From Euprymna scolopes (taxonomy: Eukaryota): a stretch of 64,000 nt of DNA. The notes below the pieces were generated by a model. That model had not been told where the DNA came from, did not search any database, and was given only the letters and a program-made list of their open reading frames with translations. The position numbers were made by a program, and so were the translations under genes. Positions 13,038-25,906 of the stretch are shown here, piece by piece (positions within the stretch are counted from its first letter, which is position 1; every line of letters starts with the position of its first letter). The stretch lies in assembly GCA_053919585.1 (NCBI GenBank), contig CM132784.1, one strand, 5' to 3'.

Positions 13038-13430
13038 TCTATAAATGTGAAAGTGTTTGTGTGTGTGCGTGTCTGTGTACATTCCATACGCAATAACTCT
13101 GTCAATTTTTAGTTTACAGACTCGAAATTTGATATACAGGGTACTGAGCTTTGGGAAAATCGATGTGACCGGATTTCGGCCAGTTTAATGATTTGACTTT
13201 TGATAACTCTAGCAAACTCCTCCGACAATTTTTTGTCTAAACACTTAAAATTTTAGATATAGGTTCCTTGGACATGGATCTAACTTAATAAGTTTATTTG
13301 AGCCCAAAACAATGTTAAGGGGTCATAATAGGGGTCAAATTAAAAAAAAATGACCGTTTTTTTTTTGTTTGTTTTTGTTTTTTGTTTTTTGCTCAGCATA
13401 CATCTCCAAACACCCGGGCACCCATGCTAG
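13038..13430 (+). mobile_element. Non-autonomous Helitron-like family B
   Basis: 5' A|TCTATAAA with (GT)n; 3' CCCGGG..CTAG|T; interior homologous to the reverse complement of parts of 63056-63752. Confidence 0.7.
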
Positions 13431-13514
13431 TATATATATAATTTGAAATAATACTTTTCGATTGAATCACAATTGAACTTCAACAATTTTGATCATTCCT
13501 ATTTTTACAAAGAA

Positions 13515-14260
13515 ATAAATAGATAGAAAAATATATAAATAGATAGATAGATAGATAGATAGATGGATTGGACATGAAGATGTTAGTAAAGATAGTAAAT
13601 TAATTGAGTAATTGATAGATAGATTTGTGGTGTATTACGTAGATGGGATGGATAGATAAATAATAGATAGATTGATTAAATTATTGATTTATTGATTGAT
13701 TGATAGGTTGGTGGATAGATAGATTACACTTTAAGCAGTTAGAATAGATAGATGCATACATATGTATAATTAGATGGTAAATGAACCAGTTAGGATCGAT
13801 AGGTATTATATAGAAAACATTGATTAATTGAATGATTAACTGATTGATAGATCGATTGATAGATAAGACATTAAGAAGGTGAGATGAATAGATAGATCGA
13901 TAACTAGATAAATAGATAGCATATTGTGAAGTTGGGATTAATAGATTGATTTATTGAGTGGTTAATTGATTGGTTGAGAGATAGATATATGGATCATTAA
14001 GATGCCGGAGTAGATTAATGCATAGATGGTACATTAAGAAGTTGTGATAGATCGATAGACTGATAGATAGACAATAAATATATTGATTAANNNNNNNNNN
14101 NNNNNNNNNNNNNNNNNNNNNNNNNNNNNNNNNNNNNNNNNNNNNNNNNNNNNNNNNNNNNNNNNNNNNNNNNNNNNNNNNNNNNNNNNNNNNNNNNNNN
14201 NNNNNNNNNNNNNNNNNNNNNNNNNNNNNNNNNNNNNNNNNNNNNNNATATTACGAAGTT

Positions 14261-14307
<47 letters not shown>

Positions 14308-14312
14308 ATAGA
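13515..14312. repeat. Degenerate (GATA)n/(GATT)n microsatellite spanning a gap
   Basis: Repeated TAGA/TTGA units on both sides of the N-run 14091-14247. Confidence 0.9.
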
Positions 14313-15047
14313 AAAGTGTTAAAAGTTAAAATATTATAATAAATAGTTCAACCAACTATTAGATAGTTAAATAAATACGACGAGAAGAGAGATAGCTTCT
14401 CGAATACCATGACATGAAGTATTGGCAATCGTCGTTGGTCGCCTACTTCTGCTAAAAAGCTGTCAGTCCAGTTTATCGTTTGCTGAGCGCAGAATGCATT
14501 TCTCTGTCAAATTATCACTTAACGCATTTGCGCGCAATTTATTCGAGGAGTTCGAGCAAGGACGTCGTGAAAAATATAAAGCTGGAACTGAAATCTATTT
14601 ACGACAGGAAAAATCGGTCTGCGAATTGGCAAGGATTCCTCAAGATTCTACTAATTTAATTCAACTTCGAAGAAACACGTCTCGTAGGAGTCATAGCTTG
14701 TTAGAGTACGCAGTTCCGGTTTGATCTTGTTATATTATCTGGCAGACATTTGATGAAATTGATAAAATTTAAAGTAATTATGCAGAGAAGATACCGTGGT
14801 GAAATAATAACATTATTTATAAATCCATTCTACACATTGGTTAGGGGGGGTTGTAACTATTACGTAATTTCATCTAACAATTTAATAAAGAAAAGATACT
14901 TTAAAATTTGAATGAGCTAAAAAAAATAACATCGAAAATTGCACGGTACCTTTTCCGCATAAGCACCAAATTCAAATGATACTTTTTAACATGTAAACTA
15001 GAAAAAGAATCGATTAAAGAGAAACATTCAAAATAATTTACAAATAC

Positions 15048-15315
15048 CGTATTATTTGGATTCTTCGGACTACTGTTCTCATCTTCAGTGCAGTTTTCAC
15101 AGCATTGCGGTTGATGTAACCTCCGATCTTCTTAAGGTGTATATTGTCGAACTCGGGAATTTTTCTGTCGAACTCGGGAATTTGGAGGAGTTCGTCAGAA
15201 ACATTCTTTAATTCAATAAGATACACATGAAGAAGGCCGGAGGTTACATCGACCGAAACATGGTGAAAATGACACTCAAGATAAGAACAATAGTTCGAAA
15301 GATCCAAATAATACG
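15048..15315. mobile_element. Fold-back element of two inverted Penelope-type termini with degenerate HHR
   Basis: CGTATTATTTGGA.TCTTCGGACTACTGTTCTCATCTT pairs with AAGATAAGAACAATAGTTCGAAAGATCCAAATAATACG; right arm carries ATGAAGA-AGGCCGGAGGTTACATCGACC-GAAAC. Confidence 0.7.
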
Positions 15316-16024
15316 AATTCAGAAATGTAAGTTACAATATTTTTTTTAATATGGTGACACGTCTCACGTCTCGTCTCGCTCTAAATAGGCGACGCAGATT
15401 TTAAAGGAACAGATCTAGTAGACACTTGATTTGTTTTGTGAATAGCGTAATATATTTATTAAAAAAGATGCATTATAATATTAAGAAAAGCAACAATCGT
15501 TAAACCTTTTATGATTAAATTAGATGAATACAGAAATACTAAAAATTTTAACTTGTTAAAAAAGACGGTATATGTGTATAACATCTGACTTAAAATGAAT
15601 GTTTTAACGAAATTGGTGGTTGAATATGTGCTCATGTTTGCATTAAATACTAATCAATATTAATCTACAATTATGAATGTAAAAGATAGCATAATATTTA
15701 GTTGGTTGCACCTTACAATAACAAAGTTCCATATAAACGTTTAATTAGATCAGCCGAGTCGTTTAAGTAAATACTTAAAGTTTACGCATAAAATTATACT
15801 TTCGTATATTAATTTATGTGATTAAATGAAGTAGCCATATATATATATAAATATATATATATATATGCAAATACATAATTCAAAGTGTAGTATCTGTCTT
15901 AATGCTACACATATTTTTATCTGTTTTCGTTCTGTGAAAGAAAAATCCTTTTTAGATTTAAGCAATATTAATTTTTATCCAAATTCACAATGGCCTGTTT
16001 GGAGGGTTGAATTTTGTTCACTTT

Positions 16025-16260
16025 AAAACCAACATGCCTAACTATGTCTGTTTGAGGTTTGGTGGAAACAAATAAAGCCTACAAGAAAGTCCACAACACA
16101 ATTCTCAAACACAGACTGCCTTAGGAGGTACGAAATTTCTGACAAAATCGTTAACTTCATAGAGAAAACAAAGGAAACATGGAGAATGAAACCGATAGCT
16201 AGAAGAGAACAAAGATAAAAATACAGAGGCATTTTCCAGAGAAACCTACGATCACAGCGT
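16025..16260 (+). mobile_element. R4/Dong-like (RLE-type) non-LTR RT fragment
   Basis: KAYKKV..DCLRRYEISDKIVNFIEKTKETWR..RGIFQ resembles the KKAYD..RGIFQGDSLSP region of this clade; frameshifted. Confidence 0.6.
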
Positions 16261-16796
16261 TTTATCTTATTTCTTCTGGACAGTCAATAATTGAAATAAC
16301 AACAAGAGAGTCCATTATTATCATTGTCAATTGCAGGAGGGTTTCTTTCTACGTAAATTGGATTAATGGTGTAATCTACTCCGACCAGATTCGAACAAAA
16401 CAGATTTGATACAATAGATTGAACTCGTCAGCCATATTTAATTAACGCTGCAGCTTTTCTTTCGCCGTTTCTCTTTGGTATTTTCAGCATTCACATTGCC
16501 TATGTTTGTCCGAACAAAATGGAAATGTCTATGAAACACCCGAAAGGAGTAATTTCGCGTATTTTCTGGAAATGTATCGTCGAGGTTTTTCCCTTCATAT
16601 TTAGCAATTGTTAACATCGAATAATCATTAGCGTCAACTGCTTTATCTCACCTTATGAGGAAAACAAAACATTATATCAACTAATTATCGACAAGCAGAA
16701 CAGAGAGAAAAATGAAAATATCTAATATATGTTCCAAAGCAAACACAACTTACTATTCATCCTAGGTAAATACAGTAAGAATGCATTTCACCTCAA

Positions 16797-16851
<55 letters not shown>

Positions 16852-16892
16852 ATTAAATAAAATGGGTTAAGAAATTCCAACGAAAGAAAGAT

Positions 16893-18151
16893 GTATATTT
16901 AAATAAGGGAGTAGTCACCAACAATGTGTATTTTTTAACATTATTTTATTATTCCGTGTCTTGAACTGAACAGAGCCTAATATCATCACACAAAAACATG
17001 AAATGCAAGGTACACTCGCATGCACATCCATACACATACATATATACACACCCACACATAAATCAGAACCGACACATTAAACACACACACACGTGCACGC
17101 ATACAACCACACACAGACATAACATCCCTGTCTCTAATGCAACATACTGAACAATACCAACCCTACTTAACCTCGAAACCAAAAACACTAGGAAACACCT
17201 AGAACAATAGTATAATATCTGTTCCAACACCTCGCTCCCTCCTCAGTCAGTGGAGGAGGATCCCCTCATGACTGAAACAACTATCATCCCTTCTATCATC
17301 CCCCTCCCATACCTATACCCCCTCCAATTGCCCCCCCTCTGGGGAACAAAATCTCCCTTACACTAGGAACCGATCCTGGGTCTGGCCATACCCACATGGA
17401 GAGACAAATAAATAGAAACATTAAAAAATCCCCTATATATATTTTAAACACACCCCTCTTTCTAAACAAACATAATATAAGGAATATCCGAAAAGACTAA
17501 AACGAAAAATCACACTACTAAAATCAAAATAGAATGAAAGCACCCCTACCTTTATTTCAGAAGAGCTGGTCCCACCCACCACTCCTCACACATACACATT
17601 AGTAACGACCTCGGATCACAGTCACCTTCCTAAAGAAGAAAATAACCCCATAATACTATAAAACACTATATACATTCTCAAACCAATAAAAGCAAACACA
17701 CACACGCACACACACGCACACACACGCACACACATGCACACACACGCGACACACACACACAAACACACACACACACACACCCTAACCCACCCTAAAGGAA
17801 AAGAAAAAAACACTAGCAGAAAGAGAGAGTGACTACACCCAGGTCAGCGGCCTGGACAAGCCCAATAAAAGAGTAATAAATATTGAACATGCCAATGAAT
17901 AATAAACACTTACAAGCCTCCACCCCTTGGAAACACTTCAAATGAACTACGAAAATTGCCATTTTTACATCTCCAACACATTTGAAAATATTTTCTGACG
18001 AGGACGCTTCACAGAACGTCTGAAACGCGCGTAAAAACGATTTCAATGACTTAAAAACATTATTACAATGATCCAAACATAATTCTCAATGAAAAACCAA
18101 GACACGGAATGATAAAATAATGTTAAAAATACACATTGTTGGTGACTACTC

Positions 18152-18157
<6 letters not shown>
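16893..18157 (+). mobile_element. Penelope-derived element with inverted termini and 3' HHR
   Basis: About 16903-16963 is the reverse complement of about 18097-18157; the same terminal repeat forms both arms at 47436-47808; (TA)n arrays on both sides. Confidence 0.7.
17979..18048 (+). ncRNA. Minimal type I hammerhead ribozyme
   Basis: TTTT-CTGACGA-GGACG(CTTCACAGAA)CGTCT-GAAA-CGCGCG-TA-AAAA; palindromic stem III ACGCGCGT; stem I extends as CATTTGAAA/TTTCAATG. Confidence 0.8.
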
Positions 18158-18217
<60 letters not shown>

Positions 18218-18230
18218 CTTTATAGGTATA

Positions 18231-18739
18231 CTAATAGGCCGCCCGGCTTTGCCTGGTGGTAAAATACGCATAAGAAGTATTGTATTTTAATTTACACAGA
18301 AATTGCATCAAGCACTAATTTTGAGTCAACAGCTTATAACTTTTGAACGTGCATGTGAGTATTATTTTTTGTCTACACAAGTCACTTTTGAAAGTGAAAC
18401 AAGTATATACTCGAGCTGAGATCGAAATCAAAACCTAAAAACGGTGAGTCAAGCACGATAACCATTGAGCCAGCTTGACATGACCTTTAAATAGCGTTTT
18501 GAAACCTACTTATTCTTAACATTAGGAATCTGTGGTGGGAATGATTCACCCATGCGCATTTGTGAAACAGTTGACAAATAGATAAAAATCCAATAACACC
18601 ATTTTTACACTTTTGCTCCTTTAGTGACCCATTTTTCTGATGGAAACTGATTAAAACTTTTCTACGTGCCTGGATGCCTTATTTACCACATTCCAAGTCT
18701 GTACATAAAAATTCGCTGAGTATATAGGTTGAGAAGTGT

Positions 18740-18778
<39 letters not shown>

Positions 18779-18800
18779 CTCACTTTTGCAGATATATAGA
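18231..18800 (-). mobile_element. Non-autonomous Helitron-like family A, near complete, with tRNA-like segment
   Basis: Minus strand starts TCTATAT..(GT)n; 3' hairpin CCAGGCAAAGCCGGG then TTAG|T; tRNA-like segment at 18410-18476. Confidence 0.65.
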
Positions 18801-18907
18801 ATAGATATGTTATATAGCGTATATAATCAAGGTTTATATATAAACATATAGTTTTTACTTAAACAGGGTCTATATAAATTGATGTCTCTTTAAATTTTTA
18901 ACGTGTC

Positions 18908-18960
<53 letters not shown>

Positions 18961-19654
18961 GTGTTTTAACATTATATAATCGTGAAGTTCCTTGAGCATC
19001 TATTTATAGTTTATATTGTTAATGTGTATGGATATTTTCATAACAGTGTGCATAATAACAACTATTACCAATCACAACTTAAATAGACAGTCTTTACCAA
19101 ATGGACGGATAACATTCTCGGTGAAATCACCAGCAAAAGACACATAACTTCACAAAGTTTCTCTCGTGCTTTCTGAAATTACAGAATGCTTTTCATTCGC
19201 AAAGGGAAATGTCGAGACGTGAATTATATTTAGATATAATCATTTATCCCCATGATGGGTCTCTGCTCGGAGTTTGGGCACGCTTCTGACAAGTCTACAG
19301 TTTGCTATTTTGCGCCTTTGGCTTACATCGGCGTCAAGTCGAAACCTCGGATAGCAAGACCCCTGTTTATCCACTAACGCGTTGGGTATCAAATTAATAT
19401 TTCTACGTATATAACAATCTCATTACGTCATTAACTCAGCGTTATCAAAGAGATAAATCGGATGATGTCACGTATTTTTGCTTATGCTAGTAATGAACAT
19501 TCCTTTTCACAAAGTTAACATTTTTTTAACATAAATAATTTTAGCTGTAAATCCCTTTCGTCTTGATAAGATTCTTTCTGTTTCTATTTTTAAAATATCA
19601 GTAACGTTCATAATAATAATCGTCCAGCTAAGTTGGTTTTACCCTGAGAGACTA

Positions 19655-19715
<61 letters not shown>

Positions 19716-19716
<1 letters not shown>

Positions 19717-20466
19717 TAGCAAAAGTACCCGTCGTTGACTGGGTTCAAAAACAGCCTACAGAAAATGGATTCTGATTTATGAAAGTATGATAGGTTATGA
19801 AAAGGAAGGGTTGTAAAGAGATAGCTTCGAATTTGGGGGTATTAATACCAAAGTAAAATATGATGAAAGTAAAAATAAAATAGATATACCCATAATTTAT
19901 TATGCCATACCTGTTCACACTGAAATACTTATCACAATATTCTGTTGATCTATATTAAAAAAGAAACTCGTTAAACTGTCTGACATATTTCCATTCTATG
20001 GAGGTCAGGTGCGAACGAACACCCCATAATTTTATTATACCATATTTCTTCAAACAGAAACATAATTATCAAAGTATACTTACGCAGATAGATATAAAAA
20101 TCTGTATTAAAGTTTGTGCCTATTTCCATTCTACGGAAGCCAGGCGCGAACGCAAACCCAATAATTTTATTATACCATCCCTATTTAAGTTAAAACATAC
20201 TTATCAAAGTATTCTTATGTACATCTATATAAAAACACTTGTAAACGTTTTTTTTTTTTAATTTTTAAATTTTTTATTTCCATACTTTGTGGACCAGGCG
20301 CGAACGCAGACCCCACAGTTTTAATGAACCACCGTTCTGCCAGATCAAGCATACCTATTCCTGTGTCTCGATACATATTCTATCATTATATGTAATCAGT
20401 TTTTTAAAATAGTCAACCATATAGGAGCCTATTCATGACCAGACACACACTCACACAGACATTCAG

Positions 20467-20500
<34 letters not shown>
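19716..20500 (-). mobile_element. Non-autonomous Helitron-like family C with internal tandem repeats
   Basis: 3' CTAG|T preceded by hairpin ACCC-GTC-GTT-GAC-T-GGGT; (GT)n near the 5' end; internal repeats of about 135-155 bp; second copy at 29691. Confidence 0.8.
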
Positions 20501-20502
<2 letters not shown>

Positions 20503-20637
20503 TTTATATTTCAAATGTGAAAATTAAAGACTATAATAAATTATGATTACGTTTTTTCAAATAATAAAAATGATTAGATTTCATTGTGTTTTATATCCGT
20601 TTTTCGCTTTGTCTTCTACGCCTTCGAATTCAACATA

Positions 20638-20702
<65 letters not shown>

Positions 20703-22172
20703 TATGCATATTTATGTTTATATGAACAATTAGCAATAATTGTTTCAAAAATACTCGAAGAGAATTGATATCCTGTCTTTAGTCTTTTCTTAAACATTGA
20801 TAGAAATCTCCGCTTTTTTATTTGTTTAAATTTTTGTTATAAAAAAATTAATGGTCAACCAAAATTTGTGGCGCCAGATATTCTTGAGTTCGGGTAATGA
20901 ACAAACAAAACACAAGCGAAAATACTTGGAAATATTTTGTTCCGTTTAATAATCATTACATTTGAAGATTTCTGTTTGGGTTATTTTGGGATAGAATTCA
21001 TGAGAATGTTATGTTTGGTGGAGTAGGGATCGACGAAGGGTGTGTTTCATCGTTGCTTCATAATAAAATAAAGTTCTTCTTTCCTTCGAATGATTTAGCG
21101 TCAAATTCATAATGACGACACCTATTAATTTATTTGGTGTCAGTAAAACGTGATTAATCACAATTCATAGATCATATTTAAAAAAAAATAAACCCGAACG
21201 TGTGCTTAACCACGTTTCACATATGAGGGATGAATTTTCATTTTGGTTTCATCAAAACATCGTTTATCAGATTTTTGGACTTGCGCCCATCAGACTTGAA
21301 TGCAAGGTAAAAAAAGAAAATGTAATTTATCATAAACTATCAGTTCTCTATCAATGATTTCAAACTTGTCTTTCTCCTNNNNNNNNNNNNNNNNNNNNNN
21401 NNNNNNNNNNNNNNNNNNNNNNNNNNNNNNNNNNNNNNNNNNNNNNNNNNNNNNNNNNNNNNNNNNNNNNNNNNNNNNNNNNNNNNNNNNNNNNNNNNNN
21501 NNNNNNNNNNNNNNNNNNNNNNNNNNNNNNNTAATAATGATGTCATAATAATATCACCCATTGGTCGATTGATTGGTGGGCATGCTAAATCTCAAATTCT
21601 GACAATCAGCCTTAATAATTGAATACCGTCTTTTTAAATCTTGGGAGGACGTATGGATGTAGCGTCGTGCAATGATGGACTATCTTTATTTTTGTTAGTG
21701 TGATGTTAATCTATACTATTTTTTGCGTAGATGGACTCATCCGGAATCTCTAAATATGTTTTCGACTTCGTGTTATTGATAACAGCTATAGCCACAGTAT
21801 CGGACGCAGACTTTCTCTAAATACTATTTCTGTACTTCTGTAAATAGTGTCTTATAAATGTACCGCCGCGTTGTTATAATTTTGATCACGGTCACAAAAT
21901 TCGAAAGCTATATTTTACAACAGATTTTCAGATGGTATCATATGCTAATTGTCAACAAGGATGGTTGTGACGAAGTTGAGATCTTTGTTTAACGTTGAGA
22001 CCTGAAAGGTAGCGAACCGACGCTCACTATTTTTACTGTGTCTTATTGGCTAATGGTGTTATGAATGGTATCTCGACCAGCTGATGCCTACTCGCGACCT
22101 CTTGCGTTCTCTTAGAAGTGACTTAGGGTTTCTAGGTAAAGACTGGTGTTACGAGTTTTAGATCACGGCATG

Positions 22173-22622
22173 TATTAATTTAGTTATTGCGCACTATTAT
22201 TCTCATCTTTTTTCAGTGGTTGTTTCACGACGTTTCGGCCAACTATTCCTTTGAACCCGATCATGGAAGATCAGATATAAACGTGGATTTACAAGACCAA
22301 AAAATCCAACCTTGATCTCCCTTCGTGATCGTGGCGCAGTGGATAGAGACGTTGAATCTTTACGCTTCTAGGTGAGCATTGCCTGAAGATAGTGGTTTCA
22401 ATCCTACCTAAAGCCGGCCAGAGGCTTACTTGGCTAAAACACGTGGTGAAACGATAACAACTACGGAAAGCAGTAATTTGCTGAGGATGAAGTTGGGAGA
22501 TTCGGAGTTCTTATCCCGTCGTCGTTACAACCTGACGAAGGCCGAAGGAATAGTTGGCCGAAATGTCATGAAGCAACAACTAAAAAAGATGAGGATAATA
22601 GTTCGCAATAAATAAATTAATA
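22173..22622 (+). mobile_element. Fold-back element: inverted Penelope-type termini, internal tRNA-like head and HHR-like motifs
   Basis: 22173-22250 is inverse to about 22546-22622; TGGCGCAGTGG and GGTTTCAATCC boxes within 22325-22406; CTGACGA-AGGCCGA..TTGGCC-GAAA at 22532-22563. Confidence 0.7.
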
Positions 22623-22959
22623 AATAATACTCATCTCAAAAACGAATTCCAATTAAAATAATATATAATTTTTGTATTGTTCTTAAATTTCTTTCAATTT
22701 TTGTCTTATTTCGGATTCGCACCGATTTGATATTTTGATTCTGATTTGGATAATTTGTTTTGATATTATTCAGATTACTATTTTCATATTGTATATTATC
22801 CTCATCACGGTTTGGCCGATGTAACATCCAATAATTTGCAAACCACATTGGATGAAGTAAGATATTATAAACAGAAACGACGATGGAGAAAGTAAAACGA
22901 CTCAAAATACCATTGCATATGTTGGGCGACAATGACTTACGTAACCTTAGTACCGGACT

Positions 22960-23067
22960 TTGGGGTAATTGCGCCAAAGCCGGGGTTAATTGCACCAACT
23001 AAAAAATGTTCTTTATATGCATGGTTGTCAAAAGAGCACTTTCAACTAATTGGCGCAATTACCCCAA
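22960..23067. mobile_element. Short MITE-like element
   Basis: Perfect 18-bp inverted repeat TTGGGGTAATTGCGCCAA / TTGGCGCAATTACCCCAA plus an internal variant copy. Confidence 0.7.
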
Positions 23068-23495
23068 TTTAATACAATATAAGAAACTTCTATAATATAA
23101 AGTGAAAACGTCTGCATGTGTTAAACTGACAGCATATTCAACAAACTATCATAAAGCTGATATTATTTTATCTCAGTGTAACTCGAAAAAAATAATGCTT
23201 GAAGTTAGTAAAACTGATTCATTCTTTGAGGTCAACTGGACATTTATATCATTTAATGTTATCAAGAAGTAAAATTGATTTTTAATGTTATCATGTAAAA
23301 GGAAGCAATTCTGATTTTTCTCACAGAGTTATTTACTTACACCGACTCGAGTTATGTGTGTATGATGCGGGAGCGGAATAGGCTGAGTGAAAAAGAAAGA
23401 AGGGAGAAAAAACAACGGGGTGGTGAAGAAAGAGAGAGAAATTATGTTACACGTTTTCTTAAGGCAATGTTGGGTAGTGATGCTTATTAATTATT

Positions 23496-23766
23496 GTTGG
23501 TTGGTTGGTTGTTTTTGTTGTTACGGCATACCAACCCTTTTCAGGTTATTCAATGCCGAATCCAGTGATTTTGAAGAACAATTTTTTAATAGAATATTTT
23601 TTCAAGTCGATTTCTATTTAACCCATAGTTGGGACCCTAACAGGTACAACCACTTCGGGCCAGAGTGGACCTGGGAGCAATGGAAATTAAAGGGTGTCTC
23701 CGCACTCCCCAAAGCCCGCAAGCTGGGGCCTCACCATCGGCTATAGTTTAAGGTCATATCCAGGAC
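23496..23766 (-). mobile_element. SINE or LINE 3' end-like repeat with (CCAA)n tail
   Basis: Minus strand ends GGATTCGGCATTGAATAACC..GTTGGTATGCCGTAAC..AACCAACCAA; GC-richer body. Resembles mollusc/cephalopod SINE tails from memory only. Confidence 0.5.
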
Positions 23767-24080
23767 CTGTTAATTATAAATGGTAGATTTAATAAAACAT
23801 AAAAATATTATATATATGTACATATACATATACTAATAAGTAGCAAGACAAGATGTTTAAAACAATAAGACACCTAAATTGCAGACTCTAATACTGTGCA
23901 ATTTACAAAGGCATAGATAGCATATAAATAATGCCATATAATTTCGAGTTCTAATAGTAGTAATACCATTTAATTCACATGAACCCAGCCAACACGTTAT
24001 TACTCGTTTTATTTAGATAGGTTCAGGTAGTATATAAATAGTGTTATGTAATTTATACACAAACAATTAATCGACTGCTT

Positions 24081-24610
24081 ATTACGTTCAATTTACACGG
24101 GTCCAGTTCGAACATGATTGATGACGTTTACTTTACACTCGTCTATTTCGAACATTGCCCATCACGTTTAATTTACACTTGTCTGGTTCGAAAATTACGC
24201 ATAGCGTTTACACTTGTTTAGTGTAAACATTGCCCGTGACGTTTAATTTACACTTGTCCAGTTCGAACATTACCCATGACGATTAATTTACAAATATCGA
24301 ATCTGAACATAGCCCATTACGTTTAATTCACACGTGTTAAGTTCGAATATAACCCATGACGTTTAATTTACACGTGCCCACTTTAAAAATTACTCTTTAC
24401 GTTTAATTTACCATAGTCTAATTCGAACATTACTCATGACGTTTAATTTACACGTATCCAGGTCAAACACTGCTCTTTACTTTTAATTTATACTTGTTCA
24501 GTTCGAACATTACTCATGGCATTTAATTTACACTTGTCCAGTTCTGATTATTACTCATGCCGTTTTATTAACACGGGTCCAGGTTGTATATTAATAATCC
24601 CGTTTGTTAC
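24081..24610. repeat. Minisatellite, 40-bp unit, about 13 copies
   Basis: CGTTTAATTTACACTTGTCCAGTTCGAACATTACCCATGA repeated head-to-tail with substitutions. Confidence 0.92.
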
Positions 24611-25354
24611 AAACGTTTATTAAATACATTAATAATTTCGCGGGATTTACACATGTCTATTAAGTCTTGTTGCTTATGTCTTTCTATAGCAGCAAGGTTC
24701 ACCTAATCTATATAGTTCTTTTACCTAGATGAAAATAGCATTTCGTTCATGGGTGTAATTTCTTTGTTTTTTCATCAATTCATTATGATGAGATGCGTTC
24801 TAATTCAAGCTAAACATTGGTCGATGGCTGAATCCTCTAGCATATTAAAGAAGATACAATGACAATTAGATCTGACTTTTATAGAATTGGTAAATACGTT
24901 ATAGACATCCGGTAATGAGACCTCAAGTGGGGTTCTGCAGCTTACCCTGAACATATATATGAAAAATAACAATGGATACAACACTCATAATTTTATCGAC
25001 CAATGATCCAATGTCAATAAACGTTACAGTGGTCGGATTGGCAGTTGTCCGGTTAGAGAAGTACTCAGAATAGAACCAGCACGGATATCCATGAAATACG
25101 TCCGTTTTGTTGTACAGAGAAACAGATAAAGCCTTTTATGGAGATACATGGACGCATCTTAGATTTAGTTTCAATTTAAATATGCCAGACAAACAAAAGT
25201 CTTATTGTAAACTGTAGAGTGACAGACAAACGAACACATCTAGCAAAATAGCCATTCTTGTTGGAACAACAATGAATATTAATAGCTTTTCCACGTTTCA
25301 CCTTTTATACTTTTATATTTTTGCAGTCCTCTCATATATTATATAAAAATACCA

Positions 25355-25906
25355 GCACTCTCCAAATGCATCGCTGGATTGCTATGAATAACAGGGATGG
25401 GCCAGGGTGATGAAAGTTTCCGGCCACGGTTTTAGTCTTTGGTGTGGTTTCAAGTGAGGGCCACATCATACTACATCACACCTTCGAAATCGGCTTGAAA
25501 GTCAACACCAAAGTGTACCTGGATGTAGGGTGATGCCCTGGTGCACTCATGTGGACGCTAGCAGATCTAGATTGCGCAGCAGGACTCGGTGCTGGAGCAC
25601 AAGTCAAAGGAGAACCAGGTTTGGCTTCAGAAGGAGTGATATGACAGTTTTACCCTTCTCTTACTGCCCCCTATTCCCTCAACCTGAACTGCTGGACTAC
25701 TTTGTTTGGTCATACGTCGAGCACATCACCAGCATGACCTCCCACAACACTCAATCAAGTCTGATCACCGCTATCCGCCGAGTATTCACCGTGCTCCCGC
25801 CGGCGCTTGTGAAAAAGCATGCTTCCAGTTCCGGACCCGTATCAAGACGGTGATTGAGACTGAAGGCAGCTACATTGAACAGATGTCAGCTCTACTACAT
25901 AATTGA
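25355..25906 (+). pseudogene. Degraded DD37D (maT-like) transposase, C-terminal half
   Basis: FPATVLVFGVVSSEG, GLKVNTKVYLDV, QQDS..HKSKENQVWL, LDYFVWSYVE, ACFQFRTRIKTVIETEGSYIE; stops and frameshifts. Confidence 0.85.

Noticed and set aside
24081-24610. CRISPR-like array or tRNA cluster (GTTCGAAC)
   Set aside because: Head-to-tail 40-bp units without spacers; no A-box or cloverleaf.
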